Shown in pieces: positions 60,773 through 64,000 of a DNA stretch of 64,000 bases. How positions within the stretch are numbered: position 1 is the first letter of the stretch; each line of letters opens with the position of its first letter. The translations under genes were made by a program, and so were the position numbers. Location: contig CM059453.1 in NCBI GenBank assembly GCA_030390025.1, forward strand, positions 6,634,001-6,698,000, read 5' to 3'. The notes under the pieces are model-generated. The model was given only the letters and a program-made list of their open reading frames with translations. It was not told the DNA's origin and ran no database searches. Origin of the DNA: Squalus acanthias. Taxonomy: Eukaryota.

Positions 60773-62966
60773 TGAAAGTTAACTGTTAGCGCGGATGGTC
60801 TTGAAACTGACAATGCCTGAACACACCTGATGTTATGAAGTAAAACAGACACCATTACAATACAATGAGGACTATGAGAATGGAGATCTTTCAGAAAATA
60901 AGTGGATTTTTTTGATTTATATTCACAATTTCGTTGTACCTGAAATAAAGTAGGGAGTGTGAATTTTTTGTCAATGTAATTGTTCAACATTTTACTCTAT
61001 TCTGTGAAAATTACTATTTTACAAACTATTTCTAACATCGTCTTTGTCTGTTAATCTGCTGAATTGCATTGGCCCACAGTATGAACCCTTAAAACCGTGT
61101 AGCAGGTGTCAAAACAATTACAATTAAACATCCAGAAAATACACTTTATTTGCTACTGCGCCTGAAAATCAGGTGCGAATTTCAAGTGAAGCATGAATAT
61201 GGGCGTAGACGGGTTCTGGCGAGAGTTCCAGATAATTGTCAATACTCATTCATCTGGACGTATTTGATTTGTGCCCCGATTGTGAACCTGAACAAGTATT
61301 CCCAGGGCATTTCAGTCAGTTTTCCGCTCACCTAGCACAACACTCAAGTTCCTACTTGTTTCCCCTAGTTATATCAGCACAATTCAGGCAAATTGGCCGA
61401 ATCAGAGCTAAAGAATTTTAAACGTAAGTGAGCTAGGTCCACGACCACTTATGCTCAATTTTTTCCTTCATCTTGTACGCAGTTTCAAGTTTTAATTTTA
61501 CCCAATCAGGTTCCGCCGACAAAGCTGGCCTTGCACCCAGGAAGTAATTGCAAGATTGCGCTGATTCTGAAAGGCTCATACAGTTGCGCTCATTTTCTTA
61601 GGTGCAAAGTCAGGAGTAGTCATATTTATTTTCCTCATATCAAAACAAAGTGAATTTCTAAGTCAGAGACTGCTGTACACCAATTGAACTATTAAATGTT
61701 TCAGTATCATACTTTTCGTCATTTTCTGTTATTTTAAATCAGTTTACTCACAGGTGAAGGACTGGTTACCCTTAAGAAATAAGTTTTTTGCTGATTAATC
61801 CATTTAAAGCTATATGAATAAAACTGCACCAGGATACATTCTTAGAAGGAATACATTTTAATGGTAAAAACGATACAATTCCATTCTGTTACGATGCCCG
61901 ATTATACTGGTTCATGCACGATCTTACGTTTGTGATCTGCAAACGAATTTTAACGGAAATCTGAAGCCTAACGAAACCAGCGCAATTTCAAGCGCAACAT
62001 TTCCTCTTTTGGGCGAAATCTGCGAATTGCAACCGAATACTTGAAATTGTTCCGATTAAGTTTGGTATTTCTATATTTCAATGGTAAATGCACATCTCCA
62101 CCTATAAACCAGAAGTACTTTATGGAAATGTGACTCACTAATTATAACGTGCTTCGATTGGTGGAGCTGCATTGCTTCAACTTCCGGGAGGGTGTAATTA
62201 CAGTTTGATCAGTTCACACAGACAGGTCCCTTTAGAAATAAGGGCACAGGAACTTACGATGGTGCATGTTTCAAATATTTTATTATTCGATCTCCCCTGT
62301 CACACCTCTCATGGCAGGTCAGAGAGTGTGGTCTCTCTTAACTCTCTCTGCGAACTTCTGGTTGCCAATTTGCACCCTCTATCGCCTCTTCCGCTTCGCT
62401 CTCCCTCTCTCGTTCAAACGTTCTCTGCTCTCTTTTGCTATTCCCCGATTAACTTTTTTTCACTTCCATTTCGCCCCCTTCCGATTCTCTATATTGTGGA
62501 ATAATTTGTTTATTATTAATAGACATCCAAATATGTGGTTTTAAATCGCCTGGGCAACCGGAAACTCCAAATTTCACCCCGAGCTCAAGTTGAAAATCTA
62601 CAACGATGCCTTTTAAACGTGCTGTTTAGAATTCCTACTCTTTATTTGAACACAGTGACATTTGAAAACTAGTTTGTCGTTCGTACTGATTATCAGAGTG
62701 TCACTTCAAGTTGTGTATGTGTGTTCGAATGACACAAAATGTCATTTGAAGGCTAGTTTAGCACTCGCAAGTTATTATTACCCTAACAGTGTTACTCTGA
62801 GGCTAGTAAATTATTCATGCACAACTATCACCACAGTGCCATTTCAGAATCAATCCTGTATTTGTACATCATTATCATACAATACAATATCATTTCACTG
62901 CTGGTAATGTTCCATTTCATATCATGCACTTATAACTCGGGGAACTAAAAGATGAACTCGGTCAAA

Positions 62967-64000
62967 GAACATAAGAACATAAGAAATAGGAGCAGGAGTA
63001 GACCAATCGGCCCCTCGAGCCTGCTCCGCCATTCAATGAGTTCATGGCTGATCTGATCCAACCTCAACTCTAAAGAACACAACAAGCAGGAGTAGGACCA
63101 GGGCACTCGGCTCCGCCACCCACAGGGCCTTGACCGATTCGAACTCAATCTCATGTCCAATTTCCAGCCCGCTCCCCGTAACCCCTGATTCCCTTTACTT
63201 CTAAGAAACGGTCTATTTCTGTTTTAAATTTATTTAATGAAGTAGCTTCCACAGCTTCCTGAGGTAGCAAATTCCAGAGACCCACTACCCTCTGAGTGAA
63301 AAAGTTTCTCCTCATCTCAGTTTTGAAAGAGGAGCCCCTTATTCTAAGATTATGTCCCCTAGTTCTAGTGTCACCCATCATTGGGAACATCCTCAACGCG
63401 TCCACCCGATCAAGCCCCTTCACAATCTTATATGTTTCAATAAGATCGCCTCTCATTCTTCTGAACTCCAATGAGTAGAGTCCCAATCTACTCAACCTCT
63501 CCTCGTATGTCCACCCCCTCATCCCCGGAATTAACCGAGTGAACCTTCTTTGTACTGCCTTGAGAGCAAGTATGTCTTTTCTTAAGTATGGACACCAAAA
63601 CTGGATGCAGTACTCCAGGTGCGGTCTCACCAATACCCTATACAACTGCAGCAATACCTCCCTGTTTTTATATTCTAACCCCCTAGCAATAAAAGCCAAC
63701 ATTCCATTGACTTTCTTGATCACCTGCTGCACCTGCATACTAACTTTTTGATTTTCTTGCACCAATACCCCCAGATCCCTTTGTACTGCAGTACTTTCCA
63801 GTTTCTCGCCATTAAGATAATAACTTGCTCTCTGATTTTTCCTGCTAAAGTGCATAACCTCACATTTTCCAATATGGTATTGCATCTGCCAAATCTCTGC
63901 CCACTCTCCCAGCCTGTCTATAACCCCTTGTAGGTTTTTTATGTTCTCCTCACTCTCTACTTTCCCTCCCATCTTTGTATCATCTGCAAACTTTGATATG
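62967..64000 (-). mobile_element. Young CR1 LINE, open RT C-terminus, runs off the window
   Basis: Uninterrupted 273-aa ORF 63151..63972; (cttatgtt)n tail. Confidence 0.95.

Larger units (their letters stand above)
1..62870. repeat. Tandem segmental duplication, period ~35.5 kb (unit 1 ~1-27450; unit 2 ~35500-62870)
   Basis: Colinear matches: 377-6162 with 36256-42003, 8653 with 45656, 14139 with 50975, 22425 with 60068, 27240-27450 with 62615-62870. Shared CR1, Tx1 and 50-bp repeat insertions sit at equivalent positions. Confidence 0.95.

Noticed and set aside
35500-62870. Unit 2 as a haplotype or assembly duplicate of unit 1
   Set aside because: Divergence of roughly 10% or more, different TE insertions and different lesions are too large for allelic copies, although the gap at 26419-27099 leaves the join unverified.

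Overview
Eukaryotic genomic DNA, most likely from a cartilaginous fish (inferred from the repeat content: Deu-domain SINEs, CR1 LINEs, Penelope elements). The window holds two tandem copies of a ~35.5-kb unit (about 1-27450 and 35500-62870). Each unit carries a head-to-head pair of Siglec/MAG/CD22-like Ig-superfamily genes. I reconstructed the spliced exons by hand from AG/GT sites and phases. Plus-strand gene A1 (8653-22586) is leader-V-C2-[C2]-C2-TM-cytoplasmic, with an uncharged TM and three tyrosine motifs (VIYSTV, IAYATV, SEYAAI), so it is an inhibitory type. Its paralog A2 (45656-60115) has a closely similar ectodomain but an Arg inside the TM (LIIRGGATG), a degenerate first ITIM, and a 17-nt deletion that stops translation before the two distal motifs. 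This is the signature of an activating counterpart, so A1/A2 are a candidate paired Siglec-like receptor system. None of the four V domains has the Arg essential for sialic acid binding. The third Ig exon is disabled in all four genes, so A1 and A2 are intact only if it is skipped. The minus-strand partners B1 and B2 are TM-less pseudogenes. The rest is retroelements (CR1, Tx1, Penelope), SINEs, MITE-like repeats, short tandem arrays, a tRNA-Asp-derived fragment and a 681-N gap. Identities quoted are hand counts or by-eye estimates, and expression is unknown.
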